Positions 50,514-58,822 of a DNA stretch of 64,000 nucleotides are shown one piece after another (positions within the stretch are counted from its first letter, which is position 1; the number at the start of each line of letters is the position of its first letter). The notes under the pieces are model-generated. The model made no database searches and was not told the DNA's origin. It saw only the letters and a program-made list of their open reading frames with translations. The translations under genes and the position numbers were made by a program. The stretch lies in assembly GCA_028277945.1 (NCBI GenBank), contig JANQFH010000068.1, forward strand, positions 272,400 through 336,399, written 5' to 3'. The stretch is from Oligoflexia bacterium. GTDB taxonomy: Bacteria; Bdellovibrionota_G; JANQFH01.

Positions 50514-51554
50514 TTACTTTGCCTTCTTGGCTTTTTTTCTTACAATCGTTTCCACGTCAATATCAGCATCTGCAAGGAGCCTGCGAACTTCATTGTAGTG
50601 GCTGTCTTCAATGGGGATTAATCCAATGACATTATGGCCTTGCATGAGTTGCTCCTTACCCTCTTTGGTTTGCGCATAGGCGTGCAGGGCATCCACAACA
50701 GCTTGTTTCACCTTCTGATTTTTAGCCGGATCTGTGTAGAGGTTGGTGCGAATCGCCCACGGGGCATTGGGTAGGTCCATGGTATAGTCGACAACTTTGA
50801 CCTTTTCTTCAACATCGGGAAATTGGGTTTTGACCATAGCGCGGGCGTCCTGGATGATCTCCTTGACCTTGCCATTTTCAACGACCCGCCTGGGCTGGGT
50901 GTAATAGGTAGCACCGGCATCGACCTGTTTTTGATAGACCATGGCGACAACGTTGTCGTGCCGGTTGGCAAAGACCACCTCACCTAACTGAACACCATGG
51001 TCTCTTAGGTGTATGGAGGGTGCAATATAGCCTGCAGTGGAAGCAGGGTCGGTATAGGCAAACTTCTTACCGCTCAGATCTTTAAGCGAGTGGATACCGC
51101 TATCTGCATGCGCGATAAACTGCCCCTTATAGGAGAGGTGTCCCTCACTACGAATGAGCATCAACACCGCTTCGAGCTCATACCCTTTGATGTCCTTGGC
51201 CAGGATATAACTAAAGGTGGTGATGCCACCAAAGTCTGCTTTGCCACTACCCATTGCCTCGATGACGGCAATGTAGCTTGTTGGCACCGCCTGCTTCACA
51301 TAAAACCCCGTCTCTTTGTTGTAGAGTCTCTTTGAGACAAAGCGCTCGACAAATGTGGCCATATGTTCGGAGGTGGTGGTGATCCCCTGCGAATCAATAT
51401 GGGGTACAAAGTACATGCTGAAAGGGCGCTGCTTCGAGCCCACCTCAGCTTCTTCACAGCCGAGGTTGAGCAGCAGCCACGGTAGTGTCGCCAAGCAGAT
51501 AAAACGTTTTAATAACAAAGAGTTGGTTCTTTTAAGCAGCAGTTGCTTGCTCAT
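50514..51554 (-). CDS. phnD: phosphonate/phosphite ABC transporter substrate-binding protein
   Basis: 346 aa with a signal peptide and PhnD-family blocks ('GKADFGGITTFSYILA', 'YYTQP'). Confidence 0.75.
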   Translation of the reverse strand: MSKQLLLKRTNSLLLKRFICLATLPWLLLNLGCEEAEVGSKQRPFSMYFVPHIDSQGITTTSEHMATFVERFVSKRLYNKETGFYVKQAVPTSYIAVIEAMGSGKADFGGITTFSYILAKDIKGYELEAVLMLIRSEGHLSYKGQFIAHADSGIHSLKDLSGKKFAYTDPASTAGYIAPSIHLRDHGVQLGEVVFANRHDNVVAMVYQKQVDAGATYYTQPRRVVENGKVKEIIQDARAMVKTQFPDVEEKVKVVDYTMDLPNAPWAIRTNLYTDPAKNQKVKQAVVDALHAYAQTKEGKEQLMQGHNVIGLIPIEDSHYNEVRRLLADADIDVETIVRKKAKKAK

Positions 51555-51967
51555 CGCGCTTCTTTGTAGCGGCTATTTACCCAATGCGCAATGAAAAGCT
51601 ACAGCGATTCAGTGGCTCAGCACAGAGCAGACGACGAATGGGCAGTGTGGCTATGGCTTGGGATAGGACCATGCTAAATAACAGGCTAATACCAAGAGTC
51701 TCATGCGTATTGCCACGAAACTGGATTTTATTACCACACACCATAAGGATTTCCACCAAGCCATTCGTAAGAAAGTTCAATCTCAGCAGCTGAATCGGGG
51801 TGCCATTAGAGTCATCCGTTCCAGTACATTTAGCATTGGCATGCCGGCAAACTTTGACTAGGATCCCTGTCAGCTTTCTAAATGACCCTAATGGCCAACG
51901 ATTTTCTTACCTTAGGTGCGGACGGAGGACATTTGACTCATAGCGCCATCCATGCTAGGAGAGACCC

Positions 51968-53254
51968 ATGAAGAGTGAGAAGGCCAACTCTCAGCTACGA
52001 GCTTTACTCTGGTGTAAGGCCCTCCTGATCCTGGCATTGAGTGAGCCAGCGCTGTCTCGAGACGACTCTCTTAGCTTAGCGGACTATTTTGCCGACAATC
52101 CTAATACACCGATTGAAGCCCACCTTATTCACGATGCTGGCTATATTGGCATTGAGGTGACAGTTGGTGGTGTACCAGGACTTTTGTTTGTGGATCATAC
52201 AATAGGTTTGAACGTCTGGTATCCAGATGCCCTGAGAGATAAAAGTCCTAGCGAGACTGATGCGTGGAGAAGAGATGAGCAGACAGGAGAGACCACTATC
52301 CCGCTTTCTCTTGGTAAAATGTCACTAAGCATTCCTTTTGCACGCGTAGATGCGAGGTCGGTTTTAGTGACAAAGTACAAGAGACTTTGTAGAGCAGTGA
52401 ACTGCTTCGGCGTTTTAGGATATGGCTTTCTCAAACAGACGTCGGTAGAGCTCAGTGCGGACCCTGATACCATTCGTTTCCACAATCCAAATTCCGTCTT
52501 AATACCGCAAGAGTTGCAAAACAGTGACCAGCGTGTGTTTCTGCCTTACACACCATTAAAAACTGCTAAAAAAATCGACAGGCCATTAATCTTCATTGCA
52601 ACCACACTTCATACAGAATCAGATGGCATCACCGACGAGGCTAGAGCAACAAAGGAGAAGGGTGGCATTGAAGCTGTTGTAAAGGACCTTGGATACCGGT
52701 GCCTAGTTGGTATGTTTCGTATTCATCTCCTCAAGCAGTTTCACGTCGATCGTATCCGTGAAGTCATTGGTCGCCATATTGATCTCGGCAGCCTTGAAGG
52801 TGAGGATATGTTCGAAAAAGGAAAGGCTTTTGGCGCTAGGATCAAGGCAACAGCAACAGAAGGAGAACAGGTGATCAGCAACGAAACAGTTCAAAGGATT
52901 TACAACGACATGGTCGCAACAGATTTTGCTGATGTTTACAACCTAGTAGAATCGACCGAGCAGGACAAGGTGCGTGGTCGTATGCAACTCCAGTTAGCTG
53001 GAGATGGCGCTAGCTTAGATCAGACTCTGGTGTATGTAACCGGTCTCGACATCAACACCTCTAAGACCATCTCGTTTGCTGACAATCTTGAAGTGTCGAT
53101 CCCGGCCCCTTGGACAATGCGACGCATCCGTGAACACAGTCCCGACGTTGCTGAGCTGTTGGGTGAAATCAGCGCCCTCGCTCTCGCCAAACAGGGCCAC
53201 ATCGTCACCATTCACTTTCAAAGAAAAATCGTTGAGATTAAAAAAACAGGCTAA
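51968..53254 (+). CDS. secreted hypothetical protein (possible degenerate retropepsin-like N-terminal domain)
   Basis: 428 aa. Signal peptide 'ALLWCKALLILALSEPALS'. 'IGIEVTVGGVPGLLFVDHTIGLNV' resembles the retropepsin 'V.INGQ...LLDTGAS' strand-turn, but with D-H-T instead of D-T/S-G. Confidence 0.45.
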   Translation: MKSEKANSQLRALLWCKALLILALSEPALSRDDSLSLADYFADNPNTPIEAHLIHDAGYIGIEVTVGGVPGLLFVDHTIGLNVWYPDALRDKSPSETDAWRRDEQTGETTIPLSLGKMSLSIPFARVDARSVLVTKYKRLCRAVNCFGVLGYGFLKQTSVELSADPDTIRFHNPNSVLIPQELQNSDQRVFLPYTPLKTAKKIDRPLIFIATTLHTESDGITDEARATKEKGGIEAVVKDLGYRCLVGMFRIHLLKQFHVDRIREVIGRHIDLGSLEGEDMFEKGKAFGARIKATATEGEQVISNETVQRIYNDMVATDFADVYNLVESTEQDKVRGRMQLQLAGDGASLDQTLVYVTGLDINTSKTISFADNLEVSIPAPWTMRRIREHSPDVAELLGEISALALAKQGHIVTIHFQRKIVEIKKTG

Positions 53255-53335
53255 TCAAAATCTACAGTCTGACAAAACCCCTAATTCGTTAACAATCTCA
53301 ATCAGATTAGTTCATCATATTAATCCAGGTTTTTC

Positions 53336-53372
53336 TTGACAGATCATGCTTGATCATGATAGCCTAAAAGGC
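53336..53372 (+). promoter_or_regulatory. sigma70-like promoter (TTGACA -35) with ATCATG direct repeats / ATCATGAT palindrome overlapping the -10 region; probable antitoxin autoregulation operator
   Basis: TTGACA at 53336-53341. 'GATCATGCTTGATCATGAT' follows immediately. The RBS GGAG at 53379-82 precedes ATG 53388/53391. Confidence 0.4.
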
Positions 53373-53387
53373 CAAGATGGAGACTTA

Positions 53388-53600
53388 ATGATGGCAAAAG
53401 ATACTGAAATTGTTAATTTTTCTACCACTTTAACCAAACCGACGAAAGATCTCTTGGAACGATTCTGTAGCAAGCGTGGTCTTCGTATGAACCATCTAGT
53501 CGAGCGCGCTATACTCGAACTCCTCGAAGATGAAATGGACAAGGAGATCATCGAAGACAGAGAACTAGAAGAAACCGTTGAATGGAAGAAGCTTGCCTGA
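53388..53600 (+). CDS. type II antitoxin (RHH/Phd-like) partnered with the downstream RelE/ParE toxin
   Basis: About 70 aa, acidic C-terminus ('LLEDEMDKEIIEDRELEETVEWKKLA'). 23-nt overlap with the toxin gene. The ORF-track start 53346 would lie upstream of the predicted promoter, so 53388 is preferred. Confidence 0.55.
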   Translation: MMAKDTEIVNFSTTLTKPTKDLLERFCSKRGLRMNHLVERAILELLEDEMDKEIIEDRELEETVEWKKLA

Positions 53601-53871
53601 CCAATATTGGAAAGTTGTCTTTCAGAAATCTGCTTTCAAAGAATACCAAGCTCTTCCAAAAAAGATGAGGATTCGGGTTGACCAAGTCCTTGAAGTTCTA
53701 AGCATCAATCCTTTGTCAGAAATCCTTCGATTCAAAAAGATTCGAGGAAAAGAAAACCATTATCGAGTACGCATTGGTGACTATCGGCTTATCTACTCTC
53801 CTCAAGCTGAAGTCCTTATCGTCCGTGTGATCAAGATTGCACATCGAAAAGAAGTTTATCGCTATTTTTAA
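53578..53871 (+). CDS. type II toxin, RelE/ParE superfamily
   Basis: 97 aa. 'YWKVVF...A.KEYQALPKK...RI...L..L..NP....' and C-terminal 'YRVRIGDYRLIYSPQAEVLIVRVIKIAHRKEVY' are the RelE/ParE hallmarks. Confidence 0.75.
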   Translation: MNGRSLPDQYWKVVFQKSAFKEYQALPKKMRIRVDQVLEVLSINPLSEILRFKKIRGKENHYRVRIGDYRLIYSPQAEVLIVRVIKIAHRKEVYRYF

Positions 53872-53983
53872 TTTGGCGTCCCCAAGGAGCGGGAGCAGCC
53901 ATCTTCAGAGCAATATCAAGAAATCCTCGATATTCTAAAGTGAGAAAGCGTTTGCTTGCGCAGAGTCGAGGAGCTGTTTGAGA

Positions 53984-54898
53984 TCAACTGATTTCTGCTA
54001 ATCGTTCTTCGGTGCGTTTTCGAATCCACTCATTTCCTGTTTGGCTAATCAATCGCTCTAGGTCCTCAGCCGTACCAAATTGAATAACAACCAAGCTGGC
54101 ATGCCATTCAGTAACATGAGCTGTATCTAGGCTAAGAACAATAAAGGAAACATCTACGGCGAGACGTTTTTGATTTTCTGTAACTTCGTAGAACTGATTC
54201 GAGGCCGCCCCGGATAGAAACTGGTTGAAAAAGGCGAACCTCTCAAAATAGTCAGCGTTGTCGTAATCATGCAAATCTCTCTCAGCTGGATCGCCAAGCG
54301 CAAGCTTAACCATACCAACCAAATCGTCATTAACCTGCTGCCGAACACGCGCAGCCCATTCTAGAACTACAGGACTATCGGGCTCCCTCGTATTCAAGTG
54401 CTCAATAAATCTATTGATAGCGCGTTCACGATAACGCTTCGGCATATCCTTATCAAGGATCAGCTCCCAAACAAGACCCAAACCCGAAAGGGTAGCTGCC
54501 TCATTTCTGGTCAACGTAGCTCTATCAAAACGCGAAAAGATCGCCCCGAGCCCAGGTTCAACAATTTTTAACGCCCGGTCGACAACTACTTCATCGATGA
54601 TTAAAGCTTCGGGATCATCAATTACCATGGCTACGGCATAGTTCTGCAAAATATGAAACTTGGCGACCTCAAGCAAACCATACAGAGCCTGGCTGTCCTC
54701 AAGTGCTAAGAGCTGAATGACCGCTTGCTCTCGATCGTCAAATTCTTTACCCCGCTTAGCAATTTCTACAAGCTCGGCAATTTCATCCGTTGAAGCCGTC
54801 ACTGTGTTGGAAGCGAAGAAAAAAGAAAAAAGACTCAATAAAATGACTAGGCTATAGGAATAAAGTGAAAACATGCAGGAAACCTCCCAAGTTGACAA
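53984..54898 (-). CDS. secreted helical hypothetical protein
   Basis: 304 aa. Signal peptide 'MFSLYSYSLVILLSLFSFFFASNTVTAS' (alternative start 54874). No domain recognised. Confidence 0.45.
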   Translation of the reverse strand: MSTWEVSCMFSLYSYSLVILLSLFSFFFASNTVTASTDEIAELVEIAKRGKEFDDREQAVIQLLALEDSQALYGLLEVAKFHILQNYAVAMVIDDPEALIIDEVVVDRALKIVEPGLGAIFSRFDRATLTRNEAATLSGLGLVWELILDKDMPKRYRERAINRFIEHLNTREPDSPVVLEWAARVRQQVNDDLVGMVKLALGDPAERDLHDYDNADYFERFAFFNQFLSGAASNQFYEVTENQKRLAVDVSFIVLSLDTAHVTEWHASLVVIQFGTAEDLERLISQTGNEWIRKRTEERLAEIS

Positions 54899-55264
54899 AT
54901 CACATACCGTCTACCCCCCATTAGCAGAGGACATACCAGGAGTCAATCGGGGCGCGGAATAGCACTGCAATGTTTGCCTCATAAAAGAGAATGATATCAT
55001 ACCAACCGAGAAGCTCGGTTAAATCCAGTTACAGACCACCATTTACGATCGTTTCGATGTCCGTTGATTTCGCTTCATGTAGTACTTAACTGGTACTCAA
55101 AATGGCGCAACATGATATTGCAGCGAGCTCGGTTGGTGACGGAAAGATTTCCTTCAGCTTATTGCTTATGATTGATTTGGTTGAAGATTCGATCAAAAGT
55201 GGAATATACTGTATTTAATAATGTCATATAGTTATAAAAATTTTGTTGTATACAGGTCACATTT

Positions 55265-55609
55265 ATGGTACTCATAGTAGAAGAGCTTGAAGTTGAATTC
55301 TATGAAGATACTTCAGGCAAATGCCCGTTTCTTGAATGGCAGGAATCGCTTAGAGATAGAAGGGTTGAGGCCAAAATCGATAAGCGGATTCAACGTATAC
55401 GAACAGGTAATCTTGGTGACTGTAAGCGCCTAAAGGAAGCAGACGGTATTTGGGAATTAAGAATGGATTTCGGGCCTGGCTATCGCCTTTATTATGGGAG
55501 GGACGGAAACAAATTGATCGTCTTGCTTTGTGGCGGAATTAAGAGAACCCAAGATGCCGATATTGAAAGAGCTGAGAAGTATTGGCGTGATTATCAGGAG
55601 AGAAAGTAA
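55265..55609 (+). CDS. type II toxin, 'addiction module killer' (HigB/RelE-like, TIGR02683-type)
   Basis: 114 aa. 'F..WL..L.D...A.I..RI.RI..GNLGD.K.L..GIWELR.DFGPGYRLYY...G..IVLLCGG.K..Q..DI..A' matches the family. The stop overlaps the antitoxin start (TAATG). Confidence 0.75.
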   Translation: MVLIVEELEVEFYEDTSGKCPFLEWQESLRDRRVEAKIDKRIQRIRTGNLGDCKRLKEADGIWELRMDFGPGYRLYYGRDGNKLIVLLCGGIKRTQDADIERAEKYWRDYQERK

Positions 55610-55920
55610 TGGCTCCTCAAACTAGAAAATTTAGAGACGTTTTGCATAGAAAGTTACAAGATCCAGAGTACGCTCTAGAGTTCTTGAATACCGCGCTTGA
55701 GGAATATCAAGAAGACCGTGATTTGCCGACTTTCCTGCTCTGCCTACGTGATTTGGCTGCAGCTCGTGGATTCCAGGAACTTGCGGAAAAAATGGATAAG
55801 GATAGGGGCAGTATATACCGGTCTTTCAGTAAAAAGGGCAACCCAGCATTCCACACCGTTTTTGATCTCTTAAACGCGCTAGGTTTTTACATACCCAAAG
55901 CTGAACTCAAGGCTTCTTAA
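55609..55920 (+). CDS. type II antitoxin, 'addiction module antidote' (HigA-like HTH, TIGR02684-type)
   Basis: 103 aa. 'EYALEFLNTALEEYQEDRDLPTFLLCLRDLAAARG...L....G..R..LY' with HTH. Confidence 0.75.
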   Translation: MAPQTRKFRDVLHRKLQDPEYALEFLNTALEEYQEDRDLPTFLLCLRDLAAARGFQELAEKMDKDRGSIYRSFSKKGNPAFHTVFDLLNALGFYIPKAELKAS

Positions 55921-55944
55921 CTGAAACATAACCGGTCGCTCCCC

Positions 55945-56712
55945 TTACTGATTAGCCGGTTGCATGAAGAGCAAGGCAAGAATCGTTCTTTGAGGCTCTT
56001 CAATATCTGGAATTGCGTTATAGATGATTCGGGCCGACCAGCATTTTTCGGCTTTCGATAGCTCCTGCTTATCTTTGCCCGCCTCGAAGTTTTTCCTTAA
56101 TCTTTGCCCTTTTTCTTCACCAATTACCCTAAAAAGTAATTTAATCGCGTCTTGGGTATCCTCAGCCGTAATCTGTCTAGCGGGTGCCTCATCCAATTCC
56201 AATTTCATCGCCATTACGGAAATATCCCACCACACTTTGAGCTGATCCCTCGGTAAACTGGTGACTAAATTTAGAAACGTGGCATGATCCATACCAGAAA
56301 ACATACCGCTACAAACGTCAAGATCCGAGCTTTCGGCCCAACTTTGGTAAAAGGCAAGGCGTTGCAACAGATGCTGACTATCGAGTCGTTTAAGACCAGC
56401 TGTTACTAGTTTTGCACCAATTAATTTGGCCTCTTCTTCTGGCAGCTCCTCCATCATTTTTTCCAGCCGCGGATGGTCTTTAATGGGCACTATGCCCTCT
56501 TTTATCAAACGGTGTAACGAGAAAGGAGGGAAAAGCCATACTTGAGACAGAGTTGACCCCAGTCCAAACCCAAGCACACCGAAAATACTCATAAGATAGA
56601 GAAAGAGTTTCGATTCCTTTTTGATTTTGAAAAATCGTGAAACCGGTATTATAAGAAGGACTCCAAAAAAACACCCCACCATGCCCACCAAGGTTGAAGT
56701 AAAATCAATCAT
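55945..56712 (-). CDS. hypothetical membrane protein (2 N-terminal TM helices + cytoplasmic helical domain)
   Basis: 255 aa. 'LVGMVGCFFGVLLIIPV' and 'LYLMSIFGVLGFGLGSTL' TM segments. No family recognised. Confidence 0.45.
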   Translation of the reverse strand: MIDFTSTLVGMVGCFFGVLLIIPVSRFFKIKKESKLFLYLMSIFGVLGFGLGSTLSQVWLFPPFSLHRLIKEGIVPIKDHPRLEKMMEELPEEEAKLIGAKLVTAGLKRLDSQHLLQRLAFYQSWAESSDLDVCSGMFSGMDHATFLNLVTSLPRDQLKVWWDISVMAMKLELDEAPARQITAEDTQDAIKLLFRVIGEEKGQRLRKNFEAGKDKQELSKAEKCWSARIIYNAIPDIEEPQRTILALLFMQPANQ

Positions 56713-56757
56713 ACGTATTGCCCTCTTCTAAAGGTTGCGCTCCTCATAAGGACAGCC

Positions 56758-57084
56758 TTACTCATTGGCAGCTTTGTTAAATTCGAGTTGGAGTTTGCCA
56801 AATTGGATACTAAGAGCGTCCATGACCTCAAGGACGGTGGAAAACAAGGGTTCACCATGCTCGGAGAAAGACTTGTAGAGGCTGGTGCGTGAGCGGCCGG
56901 TTTTGGTTGCCAGCTTGGACATGCCGTGGGCTTTGGCGACATCTTGAAGTGCCAATAGCAGAGGAGCGAACTCTTTGATTTGGTTGTAGTCCTCAAAGGC
57001 GGCGTTGAGATAGGCAACCGCCTCTTTGGGGTCTTTTAACTGTTCGTCCAGGAAATCTTCATATTTTCTTGTCTGTCTAGGCAC
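56758..57084 (-). CDS. orphan 'addiction module antidote' antitoxin paralog (HigA-like, TIGR02684-type) lacking a cognate toxin gene
   Basis: 108 aa. 'EAVAYLNAAFEDYNQIKEFAPLLLALQDVAKAHGMSKLATKTGRSRTSLYKSFSEHGEPLFSTVLEVMDAL' is paralogous to 55609..55920. Only 180 bp of non-coding DNA separate it from the tRNA. Confidence 0.65.
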   Translation of the reverse strand: MPRQTRKYEDFLDEQLKDPKEAVAYLNAAFEDYNQIKEFAPLLLALQDVAKAHGMSKLATKTGRSRTSLYKSFSEHGEPLFSTVLEVMDALSIQFGKLQLEFNKAANE

Positions 57085-57266
57085 CTTTCATGCTCCTGTA
57101 ACTACGCCAATACGCTTTTGTCTCCTATAGAAGACGTTATGTCAATGAGCTAATTCAGAAAGGTTGAATTTTGGAGACCTAGAATAAAAGGCAGTACGGA
57201 AATTGGACTTCTGAAATCGGATTCAAAACGATTTAGAAAACAGAAAACTAAACACGGTGTGGTAAT

Positions 57267-57362
57267 TGGCGGAAGTGCATGGGAATCGAACCCACCACCG
57301 AACGGTTAGGTTCGGTCGCTGGATTTGAAGTCCAGGGTCTCCACCAGGAGGCAGGCACTTCC
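57267..57362 (-). tRNA. selC: tRNA-Sec (selenocysteine tRNA, anticodon UCA)
   Basis: Minus strand: GGAAGTGCCTGCCTCCTGGTGGAGACCCTGGACTTCAAATCCAGCGACCGAACCTAACCGTTCGGTGGTGGGTTCGATTCCCATGCACTTCCGCCA. 8-bp acceptor stem GGAAGUGC/GCACUUCC, discriminator G, encoded CCA, anticodon loop CUUCAAA, long extra arm, T-arm GGTTCGATTCC. It is blockwise similar to E. coli selC. Confidence 0.9.
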
Positions 57363-57460
57363 AGAGGCTTGCCTCTATCAAAGCGTTGGCTGCATGTAAA
57401 CGGCAGTCATCGGCCTCGTTGAAGTTGTCTTTTTACCTAGGCGGGTTAGGGTAGAGGATT

Positions 57461-58213
57461 GTGGAATCGCTACAGGAAATCATCGGCGCGTTTACAACCT
57501 GGGAGCTGCTGCTCTTCTACTTTGCCGCCTTTCTTACCGCTATCCTTAATACCGTAGCTGGTTTTGCCGGGGGTATGGCGCTACTGGCGATCTTTTCCTT
57601 TTTTATGCATCCACAGATCTACATTCCCATGGTGGCGCTGGTGATGTTTGTGACCAATGTCGTGCGTTTGTGGATTTTGTGGCGAGAAATCCAGTGGCCA
57701 TTAGTACGCTCTTTTCTCATCGGCCTCTTACCCGGGGTTCTGCTTGGCGGCTATGGTTTTGCCGTACTACCCGCAAGGGTGTTGGAAGTGCTCTTGGGTG
57801 GTTTTCTGTTGCTCTATGTGGTGATCAGCGTGGTGCAGCGCCAATTGCTCTTTCGTGTGCGCTTGGGCCAGTTTTTGCCGGTTGGTTTTTTTGCCGGTGT
57901 CGTCTCGACAGTCATTGGCGCTGCTGGACCCTTTGTGGCACCCTTTGTCCTTGGTTTTGGCTTGAGCGGGCCGGTTTTTGTCGCCACAACCATTACGCTG
58001 CAAACCCTTACCCATTTTATCAAGCTATTTACCTATGCCTATGTAGGCGTGCTACCAGCGGGAGCTGCACTCTTTGCGCTGCTGTTGTCAGTTGCCCTCA
58101 TACCAGCCATCTTTGTGGGTAGGTGGGCGGGCATGCGGGTCAAACCACGAGCGTTTCGCACCTTAATCCTTGTGCTGCTGGCAATTGTCGGTTTGCGATT
58201 CCTCTTCTTTTGA
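57461..58213 (+). CDS. TauE/SafE (DUF81) family membrane transporter (sulfite/anion exporter-like)
   Basis: 250 aa, about 8 TM segments. N-terminal 'LLFYFAAFLTAILNTVAGFAGGMALLAIF' (the family's glycine-rich helix) repeated in the C-terminal half. Confidence 0.7.
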   Translation: MESLQEIIGAFTTWELLLFYFAAFLTAILNTVAGFAGGMALLAIFSFFMHPQIYIPMVALVMFVTNVVRLWILWREIQWPLVRSFLIGLLPGVLLGGYGFAVLPARVLEVLLGGFLLLYVVISVVQRQLLFRVRLGQFLPVGFFAGVVSTVIGAAGPFVAPFVLGFGLSGPVFVATTITLQTLTHFIKLFTYAYVGVLPAGAALFALLLSVALIPAIFVGRWAGMRVKPRAFRTLILVLLAIVGLRFLFF

Positions 58214-58250
58214 AAAATGGCCATACATTACATGACCTTAATCGAGAAAG

Positions 58251-58460
58251 TTATCCACAGCTGTGGATAAATTAGCGATCGTAAGAGTGGAAGTTGTGCA
58301 TCTGCCTAGAGGGGATGAAGAGTTCTATTAAACTGCTGAAACTAGAACTCGAATTCGAATTGCCTAAAAAGTAGTCAATTTGTTAAAGCCCTTGTCCTCA
58401 CAGCTTTTTTTGTCTTTTTGGGCGGTTTTTCCAAAAGTTATCCACAGAAAGTGTGGACAA
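58251..58460. promoter_or_regulatory. cluster of four DnaA boxes in two inverted pairs within a 210-bp AT-rich intergenic region
   Basis: TTATCCACAGCTGTGGATAA (58251-70) is two perfect consensus boxes in a palindrome. TTATCCACAGAAAGTGTGGACAA (58438-60) is one perfect box plus one TTGTCCACA box. A/T-rich stretches lie in between. Confidence 0.55.
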
Positions 58461-58519
58461 AGAGAGGAGTTTCAATTTAAAATTCAATGGGTTAGACTCT
58501 AAGCGAGACTGCAGCTCTT

Positions 58520-58822
58520 ATGCCCAAGGTAACCTTTCTCATGGATGGTGACGAGTCTTCTGGCGACTTTGAGTCTGGAACCAGACTATTGCATGCTGCG
58601 CAGAAACTCGAAGTGCCGATCATCTCCACCTGTGGTGGCCAGCCCAGTTGTACGGATTGCCGTGTTAAGGTGTTGCAGGGGATGGAGAACCTCTCCAAGC
58701 CAGAGTATGCCGAAGTCAGTCTGATCGGCTCCGTAAGCCACATTACCCAGGAGCGCCTCTCTTGTCAGGCTAAAGTGCGAGGTGATGTGTGCGTGCAGCC
58801 TCTACGTCTGCGGCGCCGCTGA
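58520..58822 (+). CDS. [2Fe-2S] ferredoxin (plant/adrenodoxin-type)
   Basis: 100 aa. Cys ligand pattern C-x5-C-x2-C...C ('STCGGQPSCTDCRVKV ... LSCQAKV'). Its 3' end convergently overlaps the radical SAM gene by about 50 nt. Confidence 0.65.
   Translation: MPKVTFLMDGDESSGDFESGTRLLHAAQKLEVPIISTCGGQPSCTDCRVKVLQGMENLSKPEYAEVSLIGSVSHITQERLSCQAKVRGDVCVQPLRLRRR

Noticed and set aside
56709-57017. 102-aa ORF overlapping the orphan antitoxin gene in another frame
   Set aside because: The Pro/Ser-rich translation has no motifs. The 56758..57084 frame has clear family signatures.
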